Shown piece after piece: positions 19,057-29,161 of a DNA stretch of 64,000 nt. This DNA comes from Candidatus Cloacimonadales bacterium (GTDB taxonomy: Bacteria > Cloacimonadota > Cloacimonadia > Cloacimonadales > JAFGVF01), in contig CAXXOU010000002.1 of NCBI GenBank assembly GCA_963677495.2, positions 1 through 64,000 on the forward strand. Reading direction: 5' to 3'. The position numbers and the translations under genes were made by a program. The stretch's first letter is position 1. Each line of letters begins with the position of its first letter. The notes under the pieces are model-generated. The model saw nothing but the letters and a program-made list of their open reading frames with translations, ran no database searches and was not told the DNA's origin.

Positions 19057-21642
19057 TCACTTTATCAGAACCATCTTCTTAAGAGAATAAACAGAATCAG
19101 AATCCAGACGATAAAAATATACACCGGAACAGACTTTCCCGTTATTAACATTGGTTCCGTCCCAGATAACTGAATGCTGTCCGGCTTCAAACTCAGGATA
19201 GTCTTTTACAACTTGTCCTTTGATATTGAAGATTGTCAAGGTACCTTTTTGATTCTTAGGGATAAAGAACTCAATCGTTGTTTCAGGGTTGAATGGATTT
19301 GGATAGGCAGAATTTAGTGATGCTAATTGTGGTTGAGATTGATGGTTTTCATACTCGAAGTTGTCCACAGTTTGATCCATACTTTGAAGATATGGGTAAG
19401 AATTATTGATTACGCTATTCACCGTCCAAGTATTTTCAAAGTCCCATCCCTGTTGATAAAAGTTCAGATAGTCTTGCATCTCGGTTGTAGGTAACCCGTG
19501 GATATCAAAGTTATGACTATTTGCTGCGACTCCAATGCTTTCTTCAAGTGAGCATACATCCGTATCCCAAAAGCAATCATCAACATCTGCATCACAGCAC
19601 CCGAACAAACCACCGACATAGTTGTTGATATAATAGGGGTCATCAGGGTTGGGTATGACAGTAATTTCTGAGACAGAATAGCTGTTCTTGATTCCATCAG
19701 TTTCATCGTCTCTGAAATGACCAATCAAACCTCCCATATAACCTTCTCCTGTAAGATGACTGAAACTGTAACAATTAGAGATTGAATTGTCCAGGTTAGT
19801 GTAATCCTGCCAATTATAGAGACCACAAATACCTCCAATATAAGCAACTCCGTTTATTGTTACTTCCGTAGCACAATTAGTAATAGTAGTATCAAGTCCA
19901 AAACTTGCAATTCCTCCTAAGTTAACGTCTCCATTAATAATTCCGGAAGCGAAGCAGTTGGTTATGTCAGAATTAGTAGCAATACCAGCTATTATACCGG
20001 AATTAGAACCTTCTATAGTCGAGTTTAGTACATACAGGTTTTGTATAGCTACGTTATCTATTTGGCCAAAAAGACCTTGACTTCCATGTGTATCACTAAT
20101 GTTACAATTCGATATAGAGTTGTTGTATCCTTCGAAATCTGCTGAAAGATAAGGGATATGGAGATTAGGCTCATCGCATAGATCAATGTCTCTAATCAAA
20201 GCAAATCTTACATCCGAGTAATCTGAGAAGGCTAAGAGATTCTTGAAATCTGTAACACTATTTATCAAATAGGAACCACTAACAAAGCTGAAATAGTCAT
20301 CTATATTCAATGACATACCATTAGCTAGCCAAGTTGTGAATAGCTCGTTTGAGATGGCTCTATTGGTTATGATATGTTCGTCGTTTATAGTGACAGCTTC
20401 GTAATTGTAGAAACTATTTATAATTGATGATGAATAATGATTATTTAAGTTATTACATAAACCTGAAAGATTATGAGTTCCAGTAACATTTACAGTGGAA
20501 TATGAACCAGTTATTATTGAACCATCTCTGAATAGTCCAACCAAGCCAGCCACATAACTGTTTCCTTCAACTGAGCCTGATGCACTGCATCTGTTAATAA
20601 CAGAATAATAGCTTTCCCCTGCAATACTGCCAACTCTTCCTTCTGAGACAATTGAAACGTTATCTAATATTAGGTCTTCGATTGTTGCACCTCTTATCTG
20701 TCCAAAGAGTCCCTTAGGAGATGCTCCGCCATCGATAGTGAGGTTGCTAATTGTCTGATTTGATCCATTAAAATTTGCTTTAAAGTATGGAATATAGAAA
20801 TTTGGGTGCTCTGAAAGATCTATATCAGATAGTAGTTTAAAAGATATGCTGTCCTGCATACCAAATGCTAGTAGTTTCTCAAAATCGTTAAAGTCACATA
20901 TAATGAACTCATCGTTTAAGTCAGTTAGATAGTCAGAGATATTCAATTGATAATTGTTTGCAATCCAATCAGAATATATATAGTTAGGTATTCCCCCAAC
21001 AGTTAATTGATTAATACCATTTATTAAAACTTGGTCCATATCATAATAACTATTAGTAATATTGGAGATAGAGGAAGCTAAGCCACCAAAAGCATCATTC
21101 GCTGACGTAACATAAGCACTTGAGGAGCAATTAACCATACTCGAAGCACTTGCTGCTAAACCACCTACAAAATTGTCTCCAACGACACTTCCGGAAACAT
21201 GACAATTCGAGATACTGCCTGCTCTACCGGCAATAATCCCAACAGAATTGTGTCCTATAATGTTAGCATTAATAAGATTTAAATCTTCAACACTACCATA
21301 TGTATAACTAAACATTCCAATATTGTCAGTTGAAGGTCTGTTTATGAATAAATTCTGTATCTCGAATCCTTGTCCATCATAATGTAGCTGCCAGTAATCC
21401 TCTAATCCAATTGGGATAAATCCTGCTCCATTATTCCAGTTCTGTGTATCACTTGCATCTATATCTGAAGTTTGAATAAAATGATAATCCCACAAGTACT
21501 GAGTTGTACTTAACCAAAGAAGATTGTCTAACGTTGCTATCTGAAACGGGTCATACTCAGAGCCCGTACCTTGTGGTTGTACACCATCGGCGATTAAGAT
21601 GGAAATGAGAAATACAAATGTTAGTGTGAAAAGAGTTTTCAT
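19057..21642 (-). CDS. Secreted GLUG-repeat protein with C-terminal FlgD-Ig/T9SS-CTD-like domain
   Basis: Signal peptide, G.GS..DPFQI, repeated VGGL/GLVG motifs, C-terminal AYPNPFNPETTI..IFNIKGQ..WDG..SGVYFY. Confidence 0.8.
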   Translation of the reverse strand: MKTLFTLTFVFLISILIADGVQPQGTGSEYDPFQIATLDNLLWLSTTQYLWDYHFIQTSDIDASDTQNWNNGAGFIPIGLEDYWQLHYDGQGFEIQNLFINRPSTDNIGMFSYTYGSVEDLNLINANIIGHNSVGIIAGRAGSISNCHVSGSVVGDNFVGGLAASASSMVNCSSSAYVTSANDAFGGLASSISNITNSYYDMDQVLINGINQLTVGGIPNYIYSDWIANNYQLNISDYLTDLNDEFIICDFNDFEKLLAFGMQDSISFKLLSDIDLSEHPNFYIPYFKANFNGSNQTISNLTIDGGASPKGLFGQIRGATIEDLILDNVSIVSEGRVGSIAGESYYSVINRCSASGSVEGNSYVAGLVGLFRDGSIITGSYSTVNVTGTHNLSGLCNNLNNHYSSSIINSFYNYEAVTINDEHIITNRAISNELFTTWLANGMSLNIDDYFSFVSGSYLINSVTDFKNLLAFSDYSDVRFALIRDIDLCDEPNLHIPYLSADFEGYNNSISNCNISDTHGSQGLFGQIDNVAIQNLYVLNSTIEGSNSGIIAGIATNSDITNCFASGIINGDVNLGGIASFGLDTTITNCATEVTINGVAYIGGICGLYNWQDYTNLDNSISNCYSFSHLTGEGYMGGLIGHFRDDETDGIKNSYSVSEITVIPNPDDPYYINNYVGGLFGCCDADVDDCFWDTDVCSLEESIGVAANSHNFDIHGLPTTEMQDYLNFYQQGWDFENTWTVNSVINNSYPYLQSMDQTVDNFEYENHQSQPQLASLNSAYPNPFNPETTIEFFIPKNQKGTLTIFNIKGQVVKDYPEFEAGQHSVIWDGTNVNNGKVCSGVYFYRLDSDSVYSLKKMVLIK

Positions 21643-21941
21643 GATTCCTCCATTACAGTTTTTTCTGAAATGCAGGTATAAATCTTACTTTGTAAAAGCT
21701 ATATCTACATTTAACATGGCAATTATGGTTTTGGTTTGATAGTAGTCAAGAAGTTTGTTTAAATGAAAGCATCAATTGGTTATTGGGAACATTTTCTGCA
21801 TACTATTAAATGCAACTTACACCCTGATTATAGTATTATATAATTAAGGTGCAGGTGACTATTGTCAATTTAAGCATGGAAAATGGTTGCCATTTAATAT
21901 AGTTATAAAAAACTGGTATGAAATTAATGTGAGGTAAGATA

Positions 21942-22268
21942 ATGAATAATATAGAGAAAGGTCGCGACGCGATTATTGAAAATGCAGAAGATATAATATT
22001 AGAGATGGAGGACGGAAGAAACCTCAAAGTTACACCAATTGCTATGACTGAGATGAATAATAAGCAATACATCGCAGTACTCCCTGAGGACTCTGATGAG
22101 TTTTGGGTCTACATCAGTGAAGATCATGGAGAGACAATTGATTTGATTAGCATTGAGGATGAGAAGGAATTTGATCTGGTCTGTGAATATTTTGAAAACA
22201 TGATAAATGATGCATATGATGAAGCTGATGATGAAGAAGCTGAATATGAAGATGAAAATGAAGAATAA
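21942..22268 (+). CDS. DUF1292-like acidic protein
   Basis: I.LE.EDG...KQYIAVLP...L.SIEDEKEF..V pattern. Confidence 0.7.
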   Translation: MNNIEKGRDAIIENAEDIILEMEDGRNLKVTPIAMTEMNNKQYIAVLPEDSDEFWVYISEDHGETIDLISIEDEKEFDLVCEYFENMINDAYDEADDEEAEYEDENEE

Positions 22269-22287
22269 TTTATAAATAGGAGATAAA

Positions 22288-25215
22288 ATGGTACTCGAAA
22301 AAGGTAAAACAATCCAAGGTTTCAAATGCGAATGGATTAAAGAAGTACACGAAGTTAATTCAACTGTATACTTCCTTGTCCACGAAAAAACAAAAGCACA
22401 ACTATGTTATCTTAAAAATGATGACCCAAATAAAGTATTTATGGTGGGTTTCAAAACTCCACCGGAGGATAGCTTCGGAACTCCTCATATCTTAGAACAT
22501 TCAGTTCTTAATGGTTCTAAGAACTTCCCTGCAAAAGATACCTTCACTGAGCTTATTAAAGGTTCAATGAAAACATTCATCAATGCTTTCACTGCATCTG
22601 ATCACACTATGTATCCTATTGCCAGTACTAATGATAAAGATTTCCTAAATCTTATGACAGTTTACCTTGATGCTGTTTTTAATCCTATGATCTATGATCG
22701 TCCTGAGATATTCTGGCAGGAAGGTTGGCACCATGAACTTGAAAACATGGAAGCTCCTCTCACATACAAAGGTGTTGTATATAATGAGATGCTTGGTGCT
22801 TTCAGTTCACCTGAATCAATTCTTTATCGTTCTATCCAATCTACTCAGAATCCTGATAATGCTTATCAGCATGAGTCAGGCGGAGACCCTGAAGTTATCC
22901 CTGAACTTAGCTATGAGAAGTTCTTAAACTTCCACAAAAAGTATTACCATCCCGGTAACTCATATATCTATCTCTTCGGTGATATGGATATTGAAGCTAC
23001 TCTCAAAATCATGAATGAACAGTACCTTGCTAACTTTGAATATCAGGAGTTCCAAGTAGTTATCGATGAGCAGAAACCTTTCGAACAGCTCGTTGAAAAA
23101 GAGTTAACATATCCTGTTTCTAAAGATGAATCTACAGATGAGAAAGATTACTTCTCTTTAACATATACAATTGGACACATGGAAGATGAGAAGCTTGCTT
23201 TAGCTATGAACATCATTACTGACATTCTTCTTCAATCAGATGCGGCTATCCTTAAGAGAGCTCTTCTTGAAGCTCAGATAGGTAAAGATATAATGGGTTC
23301 ATTTGATGATGGTATTCTTCAACCTGCTCTTTCTATCATTGTTAAGAATACAACTGCTGATAAGAAAGCTAAGTTTTTCGAAGTTATTGAGAACACTCTC
23401 AAGAAACTCGTTGAGGAAGGAATCAACAAAGAGCTTATCGAAGCTTGTATAAACAAACGTGAGTTTGTGATGAGAGAAGCTGACATGCGTGGCTTCCCAA
23501 TCGGTTTATTCTATGCAATGATGGCTACACGTGGTTGGATGCATGGCTATAGCCCACTTAAATATCTTGCTTTTGACGAAGCACTTCAAGATGTTAAGAA
23601 AGCTCTTACTGAACCATATCTTGAGAATATCATTAAGGAACATATCCTTGCAAACAACAACAAGAGCTTTATCCATATGAAACCGGAACCGGGTTTAGCT
23701 GACAAGAAAGCTGCTGACCTTGCTAAGAAACTTGCAGGTGTTAAAGCTGCAATGAGTGAAACAGAACTTCAAGAAATCATTGATAGAACTGCTAATCTTA
23801 AAGTTTATCAGACAACTGCTGATACTCAGGAAGACCTTGAAAGAATTCCAATGCTCTCACTTGAAGACCTTGATAGAAACTCAAAACCTTTACCAATGGT
23901 TGAGAAAGAGATTTCTGGTGCTAAAGTTATTGAACACCCAACATTCTCAAATGGTATTGTTTATCTCAATGGCTACTTCAATCTTGCACGCTTGAATGAA
24001 GATGAGTTACGCTATTTCAGCTTACTCACTAACTTCTTAGGTAAACTTGATACTAAAGAGTTAAGTTACGCAGACCTTTCAAACCAGATTAACATCCACA
24101 CAGGTGGTATCTATACTGATGCTCAGTTTGTAAGAAACGTTCAGGATCCTAACTGCTTCAGTAACTGGGCGACTCTTAATGCTAAAGTAAGCAAAGACAA
24201 GCTCCCTGAGCTTCTTAACCTTATCAAAGCTATCATCAAAGATACACTCTTTGATAATAAAGAAAGAATTTCACAGCTTCTTATGGAATCACAGTCTCGT
24301 AAAGAGATGATAATGATGTCATCCGGTCATGTTGCTGCGATTACAAGAGCCGGTAGCTATGTAAGTCCTCTTGGTAAGCTTCAAGAGATCTATTCAGGTC
24401 TTGATTATTACAAATTCATTTGCAAGATTAACAGTGAGTTTAATAGCAACCCTGATGAGCTTATCAATAAACTTCAATCTATGATGGCTAAGATCTTTAA
24501 CGTTGAGAATCTCATTCTCAGCATCACATGTGATGAGGAAGATATGGCAGCTGTAGAAGCTACTATCCCTCAATTTGTTGAAGCTCTTTACACTGATTCA
24601 TATCCTGTTCAGGAGTTCAAGTTTGAACAAGATATCAAGAATGAAGGTCTTATGGCTCCAAGTAATGTTCAATATGCAGCCCTTGTTGGTAATGCAAAGA
24701 ACAATGGCTTTGAATACAGTGGCTCAGCTAGAGTTATGAGTAATGTTCTCAGAAACGAATATCTCTACAACCAGATTCGTGTTCAGGGTGGTGCCTATGG
24801 AGCAATGTTCAACTATGGAATGGATGGACAGATGTATTTCTCATCTTACAGAGATCCAAACCTTGGTAGAACTTATGATGTCTACAAAGGTGCAGGTGAG
24901 TTCTTAAGAAACTTCACATGCTCAGACAGAGATTTAACTAAGTACATAATAGGTGCTGTTAGTCCTCTTGATAACCCTGTTACACCGGCACAAGTTGGTG
25001 GAATCGTTATGCGTCGTTTCCTATCCGGAACTACTGAAGCTATGATTCAGAAAGATAGGGAAGAGGTAATCGATACTAAGATAGAAGATATCAATAAACA
25101 TGGTGATTTAGTAGATTCTGTTGTTAAAGGTAACGTTATTTGTGCCTTTGGTAATGGAGCTAAGATTGAAGCAGAGAATGAACTCTTCAATAACCTTGTA
25201 AATATCTTCGAATAG
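22288..25215 (+). CDS. Insulinase family M16C metallopeptidase (presequence protease-like)
   Basis: HILEH inverted zinc motif, FINAFT, KGVVYNEM, IRVQGGAYGA and SYRDP. Confidence 0.92.
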   Translation: MVLEKGKTIQGFKCEWIKEVHEVNSTVYFLVHEKTKAQLCYLKNDDPNKVFMVGFKTPPEDSFGTPHILEHSVLNGSKNFPAKDTFTELIKGSMKTFINAFTASDHTMYPIASTNDKDFLNLMTVYLDAVFNPMIYDRPEIFWQEGWHHELENMEAPLTYKGVVYNEMLGAFSSPESILYRSIQSTQNPDNAYQHESGGDPEVIPELSYEKFLNFHKKYYHPGNSYIYLFGDMDIEATLKIMNEQYLANFEYQEFQVVIDEQKPFEQLVEKELTYPVSKDESTDEKDYFSLTYTIGHMEDEKLALAMNIITDILLQSDAAILKRALLEAQIGKDIMGSFDDGILQPALSIIVKNTTADKKAKFFEVIENTLKKLVEEGINKELIEACINKREFVMREADMRGFPIGLFYAMMATRGWMHGYSPLKYLAFDEALQDVKKALTEPYLENIIKEHILANNNKSFIHMKPEPGLADKKAADLAKKLAGVKAAMSETELQEIIDRTANLKVYQTTADTQEDLERIPMLSLEDLDRNSKPLPMVEKEISGAKVIEHPTFSNGIVYLNGYFNLARLNEDELRYFSLLTNFLGKLDTKELSYADLSNQINIHTGGIYTDAQFVRNVQDPNCFSNWATLNAKVSKDKLPELLNLIKAIIKDTLFDNKERISQLLMESQSRKEMIMMSSGHVAAITRAGSYVSPLGKLQEIYSGLDYYKFICKINSEFNSNPDELINKLQSMMAKIFNVENLILSITCDEEDMAAVEATIPQFVEALYTDSYPVQEFKFEQDIKNEGLMAPSNVQYAALVGNAKNNGFEYSGSARVMSNVLRNEYLYNQIRVQGGAYGAMFNYGMDGQMYFSSYRDPNLGRTYDVYKGAGEFLRNFTCSDRDLTKYIIGAVSPLDNPVTPAQVGGIVMRRFLSGTTEAMIQKDREEVIDTKIEDINKHGDLVDSVVKGNVICAFGNGAKIEAENELFNNLVNIFE

Positions 25216-25227
25216 ATAACTATATTG

Positions 25228-25265
25228 AAAGGCAAATCCATATCGGATTTGCCTTTTCTTTTTTT
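25228..25265 (+). terminator. Intrinsic terminator
   Basis: aaaggcaaatcc-atatc-ggatttgccttt followed by a T-tract. Confidence 0.85.
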
Positions 25266-25277
25266 GTTTTTAATCTT

Positions 25278-25561
25278 AGCCCCTTGTGGGCTGAATAACA
25301 ATAGCTATAGGTGCAAACCCATAGATGGTTAGTGTTTTAAATCTCAGCCCCTTGTGAGCTGAATAATAATAGCTATGGGTGCAAACCCATTGATGGTTAG
25401 TGTTTTAAATCTCTGCCCCTTGTGGGCAGAACAATAATAGCTATGGGTGCAAACCCATTGATGGTTAGTGTTTTAAATCTCTGCCCCTTGTGGGCAGAAC
25501 AATAATAGCTATGGGTGCAAACCCATAGATTGATACCCAACCAACCAGCCCTTTATGGGCT
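25278..25561. repeat. Tandem array of 68-bp REP-like units (three full units, a 65-bp unit and a final hairpin)
   Basis: Units start at 25278, 25346, 25414, 25482 and 25547; each has two hairpins. Confidence 0.9.
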
Positions 25562-25583
25562 GAATGATTAATCGGACAGACAA

Positions 25584-26162
25584 ATGCAATACAAAATTAA
25601 ACACATTGATGAGATAGAGATTAACTCACAACTTGAGACACTTCTTCCAAACTTCAAATTAGCACAGTTCTGTAGCTATAGTACTGATAAATTGCAAGAT
25701 ATGCATCTTGCCGGTTGGTCATTACTAATAGAGTTACTTGAAGAAAATGGTTACTCTCGTACTCTTCTGACTGAGTTATTATGCAATGACTATGGTAAAC
25801 CATATGTTGATGATGTCTATTTCAGTATATCCTACTCAGAACCCTATGTGATAGTTGCTATTAGTGATGAAGAGATTGGGGTTGACATAGAAGTAATTGA
25901 TGAACTTACATATGATGATGTCAAGCCTTTTTTAAACAAGAAAGAGAAGATATCGATAACACCTGAATCATCAGTTGAAGAGTATTACACAATTTGGACA
26001 AAGAAAGAAGCAGTGCTTAAGTTAATAGGAACAGGCTTTCAAAAAGAACCTGATAGTGTTAACGTAAATTCTTCTCAGATAAAAGTCGATGGTAAGGTTG
26101 TAAGTCTATGCAAGTTGGATTCTGTTGAAACAACTATTGCATTTATAGCAAGTTATCGGTGA
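25584..26162 (+). CDS. Sfp-type 4'-phosphopantetheinyl transferase
   Basis: YGKP, FSISYS, IGVDIE and WTKKEAVLK..G.G motifs. Confidence 0.88.
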   Translation: MQYKIKHIDEIEINSQLETLLPNFKLAQFCSYSTDKLQDMHLAGWSLLIELLEENGYSRTLLTELLCNDYGKPYVDDVYFSISYSEPYVIVAISDEEIGVDIEVIDELTYDDVKPFLNKKEKISITPESSVEEYYTIWTKKEAVLKLIGTGFQKEPDSVNVNSSQIKVDGKVVSLCKLDSVETTIAFIASYR

Positions 26163-26589
26163 CTAATTCCAGTAAAACATCCTTATCAATCATAATTTGC
26201 ACCCAGGTTTTATATATACCATCTCCTTTTGAATAATACCTGATTTCTGAATTAGTAATAATGCACTTCTTTATCCGACTTGCTCCAACAATCTTTACTG
26301 ATTTTTCAAGTTCTACATCAGAAAGCTCAGTGTCCTCAACCTGTGTCCCTTCCAGATCCATCTGAATCTGGCTTGCACATTGGTAATAAGCATAAGCAAG
26401 AGCATCACTTCTACCTTTTTCTAAGCAATTAATTTCGTGTGCACTCACTTCTGATGTGCCATAGAAAAAGTAGTAATCTGTTGAATTTTGGGTTTCATAC
26501 CATTCAGGATAATACACTTTCTTAGGACCTAGACACCCTACTAACAGAAGAGAAACAAATATTATTACAAAGAATAGAATCTTCCTCAT
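26143..26589 (-). CDS. LPP20-like lipoprotein
   Basis: Lipobox LVGC; YPEWY and FFYGTS motifs. Confidence 0.65.
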   Translation of the reverse strand: MRKILFFVIIFVSLLLVGCLGPKKVYYPEWYETQNSTDYYFFYGTSEVSAHEINCLEKGRSDALAYAYYQCASQIQMDLEGTQVEDTELSDVELEKSVKIVGASRIKKCIITNSEIRYYSKGDGIYKTWVQIMIDKDVLLELVTDNLL

Positions 26590-26592
26590 AAC

Positions 26593-27147
26593 CTAATCCC
26601 CAATCTCAGCTTCGAGCTCTTTAAATGCCTGAGAAGCTTTAAACTTCTGGTAAAGAGCTTTTTCTTCATCTTGCTGACTCTTAAGTTTTTTGGATTGATC
26701 AATAGCAATCTCAATAAATGCTCTAAACTGCAAGGCTTTAGTAGTATTAACTCTCTCGATATATGTGTTCGTTATCTTATGAGCTTCACTAAAACTTCCT
26801 TTTCGTTCTACTTTAATTGCAAGTTCGGATGTCTCTTCGAAGTCTACATTGTCCTCAGCTGTAGTCTCTTTTGCAAAATGTTTAGAGATGAAATCAACAT
26901 CTGCTTTGAGATAAAGTGCATACTGTGAAAGAGCATGTTCCAAAGCTTTCTTCGTTGCTTCCGCTTCACTTTCACCTGTACCGATTCCATAGAAATGTAA
27001 ATTACTTTCAGTGACAGCTCTACTGTCCCACCATTCCGGTAATACTACCTTTTTACCTTCAGGATTTAATTCACATGTCTTATACCCGGCAACAAATGCA
27101 AGACATAGTAGTACAATAATTGCAATGATTCCCAATACTTTTGTCAT
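26593..27147 (-). CDS. LPP20-like membrane-anchored protein
   Basis: N-terminal TM, LPEWW, FYGIG and C-terminal FKASQAFKELEAE. Confidence 0.65.
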   Translation of the reverse strand: MTKVLGIIAIIVLLCLAFVAGYKTCELNPEGKKVVLPEWWDSRAVTESNLHFYGIGTGESEAEATKKALEHALSQYALYLKADVDFISKHFAKETTAEDNVDFEETSELAIKVERKGSFSEAHKITNTYIERVNTTKALQFRAFIEIAIDQSKKLKSQQDEEKALYQKFKASQAFKELEAEIGD

Positions 27148-27218
27148 AAATACCTCCATTAAGCATTAAGCATCTTTCACAAATAAAATATTGCTGTCAA
27201 GTCAATGTTATCAGTATT

Positions 27219-27362
27219 TCAATGCTCTATCACAATAAGTAGTTGAGAACCATCAATATCTACTCCATTTCCGGACAGTCTCTTGTCAATTTCCCCAAGG
27301 GAGCCCCAAGAGACTCATTGGAATCGGACCTGTCTTCCATGGTAATTATGATAGAGCAATGA
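27219..27362. repeat. ~144-bp TIR element, copy B
   Basis: tcaatgctctatcacaata ... aattatgatagagcaatga; core is the reverse-complement homolog of copy A. Confidence 0.75.
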
Positions 27363-27416
27363 TGCTGAAATGATATAACTTGACCCATAACCAAAACTTA
27401 ATAAGGTTGTAACTAA

Positions 27417-27811
27417 TAAGGAGAGGGTACAATATCTGCCTTGTGCAGGAGGAAAGTCCGAACACCGCAGAACAGGATACTTTCTAACGGAAAGTCCCGG
27501 TAACGGGAAGCTAGCTCCACAGAAACAAACCGCCGGTATTAATCGGTAAGGGTGAAATGGTGGTGTAAGAGACCACCGGAAACTCGGGTGACCGGGTTTG
27601 CCAGGAAAGCCTTATCCGGTGCAATGCCAAATAGGGGAGAAATTCGCTTTGCGAATACGGGGTTGTTCGTCCCGTTGTACTCTCGGGTAGGCAGCTAAAG
27701 CCGTTCCCTTAAAAGGAGCTCAATTGAGCGTCGTAAGACACGGATTAGATGAATAGATATTCCTGCTGTTTTTAGCAGCAGCACAGAATTCGGCTTATGA
27801 CCTTCTCCTTA
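27417..27811 (+). ncRNA. rnpB: RNase P RNA, bacterial type A
   Basis: GAGGAAAGTCC, ACAGAAACAAACCGCC, AAGGGTGAAA, ACAGAATTCGGCTTA; P1 pairing taaggaga/tctcctta. Confidence 0.95.
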
Positions 27812-27849
27812 ATTGCTTATTTTTACTTTTTAGATATATAAGGGGTAGT

Positions 27850-28671
27850 ATGAAAAAGATTTTAGTTATTGGATTTATAGGTTTACTATTACTAGGGTGC
27901 TCGGGAAATAAGAAGCATCATCATAAAAGACCGCCAAAACCAAGAAGAGTGTTGTCTATTGATATCCCTGTATGGTTTTATGATATTCCACAACATTCAT
28001 CCACCGGTATTGGAATTGGCATAAATGAGGACAGTGCTCGAATTAACGCAGCAAAGCAGGTTGCACTGTTTGAAGAAAGCCATATTGTATGTAAGTTTTG
28101 TGAATATGATAATGAACGTGATAAACTCGGTCTTCGCTTGCAAAGGATGGAAGTTAAGTACACTGAGATTAATGATGAATTACGTCATGATTATTTGAAA
28201 GAAAACCTAAATCACATTGACGGTGTAAATATTAAAGGTGATTATATCGGCCTATTTTCAGTGAATGAAATCGAAGCACCCTTTGGTAACAAAACAGTTA
28301 GTGAGAACGATGTGCCTGAATGGTATGATGAAGGCAAAGAACTTCAAGTTGAAGGACAGAATGTATTGGGTTTTGGCATGGGACGTTCTCATACAATTAG
28401 TAGAGCTTTTGAAAAAGCTTATAACGATGCACTTCTTAAATTCAGTCGTTATATATCAACAAAGGTTGAATCCTATGTTGAATCAAAGTTGAAGGAAGAT
28501 ACTGATTGGGTTTATAATGCCCAGGCTATTGAGTCAGATATTATTCTTAAGAATGTAAAGCTTGTAAAACTATTTGTTATCCCATCAGCTGATGCTGTTG
28601 GATTACAGCAATACAAAGTCTTCTGTCAGATTCGCTGGAACAAACAACAGGAGATTATTGACCTAAAATAG
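27850..28671 (+). CDS. Lipoprotein with two LPP20-like repeats
   Basis: Lipobox LLGC; IPVWF..GIG and VPEWY..GFGMG repeats. Confidence 0.6.
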   Translation: MKKILVIGFIGLLLLGCSGNKKHHHKRPPKPRRVLSIDIPVWFYDIPQHSSTGIGIGINEDSARINAAKQVALFEESHIVCKFCEYDNERDKLGLRLQRMEVKYTEINDELRHDYLKENLNHIDGVNIKGDYIGLFSVNEIEAPFGNKTVSENDVPEWYDEGKELQVEGQNVLGFGMGRSHTISRAFEKAYNDALLKFSRYISTKVESYVESKLKEDTDWVYNAQAIESDIILKNVKLVKLFVIPSADAVGLQQYKVFCQIRWNKQQEIIDLK

Positions 28672-29085
28672 TTACTCCTGTTCATCCTTTAAAGTTTCTA
28701 ACACAGCCTTCGGAATAGTATATTGAACGAAGGCTTTGTTTTTGTCTGCATTCTGGAGATAATATATCTCTGAGTTAGTTCTTTTCAGTTTTGAAACAAC
28801 AAACTTAGTTGAGTACGCGTCATCACTAACTTCATCTTTAAGATAATCAATCAATGCCTGTTTGGCTCTGTTACCGGCTCTGTAGACTGCAACATCTTCT
28901 GACTTAGCAGATGCTGTCCCATAGAAATAAACTACATCGCTATCTATGGGTTGAGTCTCCCACCAAGCCGGAGCTAATGTATTATTTTTTGCTGTATCTT
29001 TGCTCCCAACGTTGAAACCAATCACGAAGCTGATAAGGATAAGTATAAATACAAATAAGTAGTTAAACAGTCTGTTTGCCATCAT
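28672..29085 (-). CDS. LPP20-like membrane-anchored protein
   Basis: N-terminal TM, APAWWETQ, YFYGTA and TNSEIYY. Confidence 0.65.
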   Translation of the reverse strand: MMANRLFNYLFVFILILISFVIGFNVGSKDTAKNNTLAPAWWETQPIDSDVVYFYGTASAKSEDVAVYRAGNRAKQALIDYLKDEVSDDAYSTKFVVSKLKRTNSEIYYLQNADKNKAFVQYTIPKAVLETLKDEQE

Positions 29086-29161
29086 TCCTCCAAAAGTTAT
29101 TAGTTATACAAAAAGCCCTTTCCGGTCGGAAAGGGCCTGGATTGTTATCCGACTCTAATTT

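Noticed and set aside
25278..25561. CRISPR array (68-bp period)
   Set aside because: Whole units are repeated with no unique spacers, and there are no cas genes in the window
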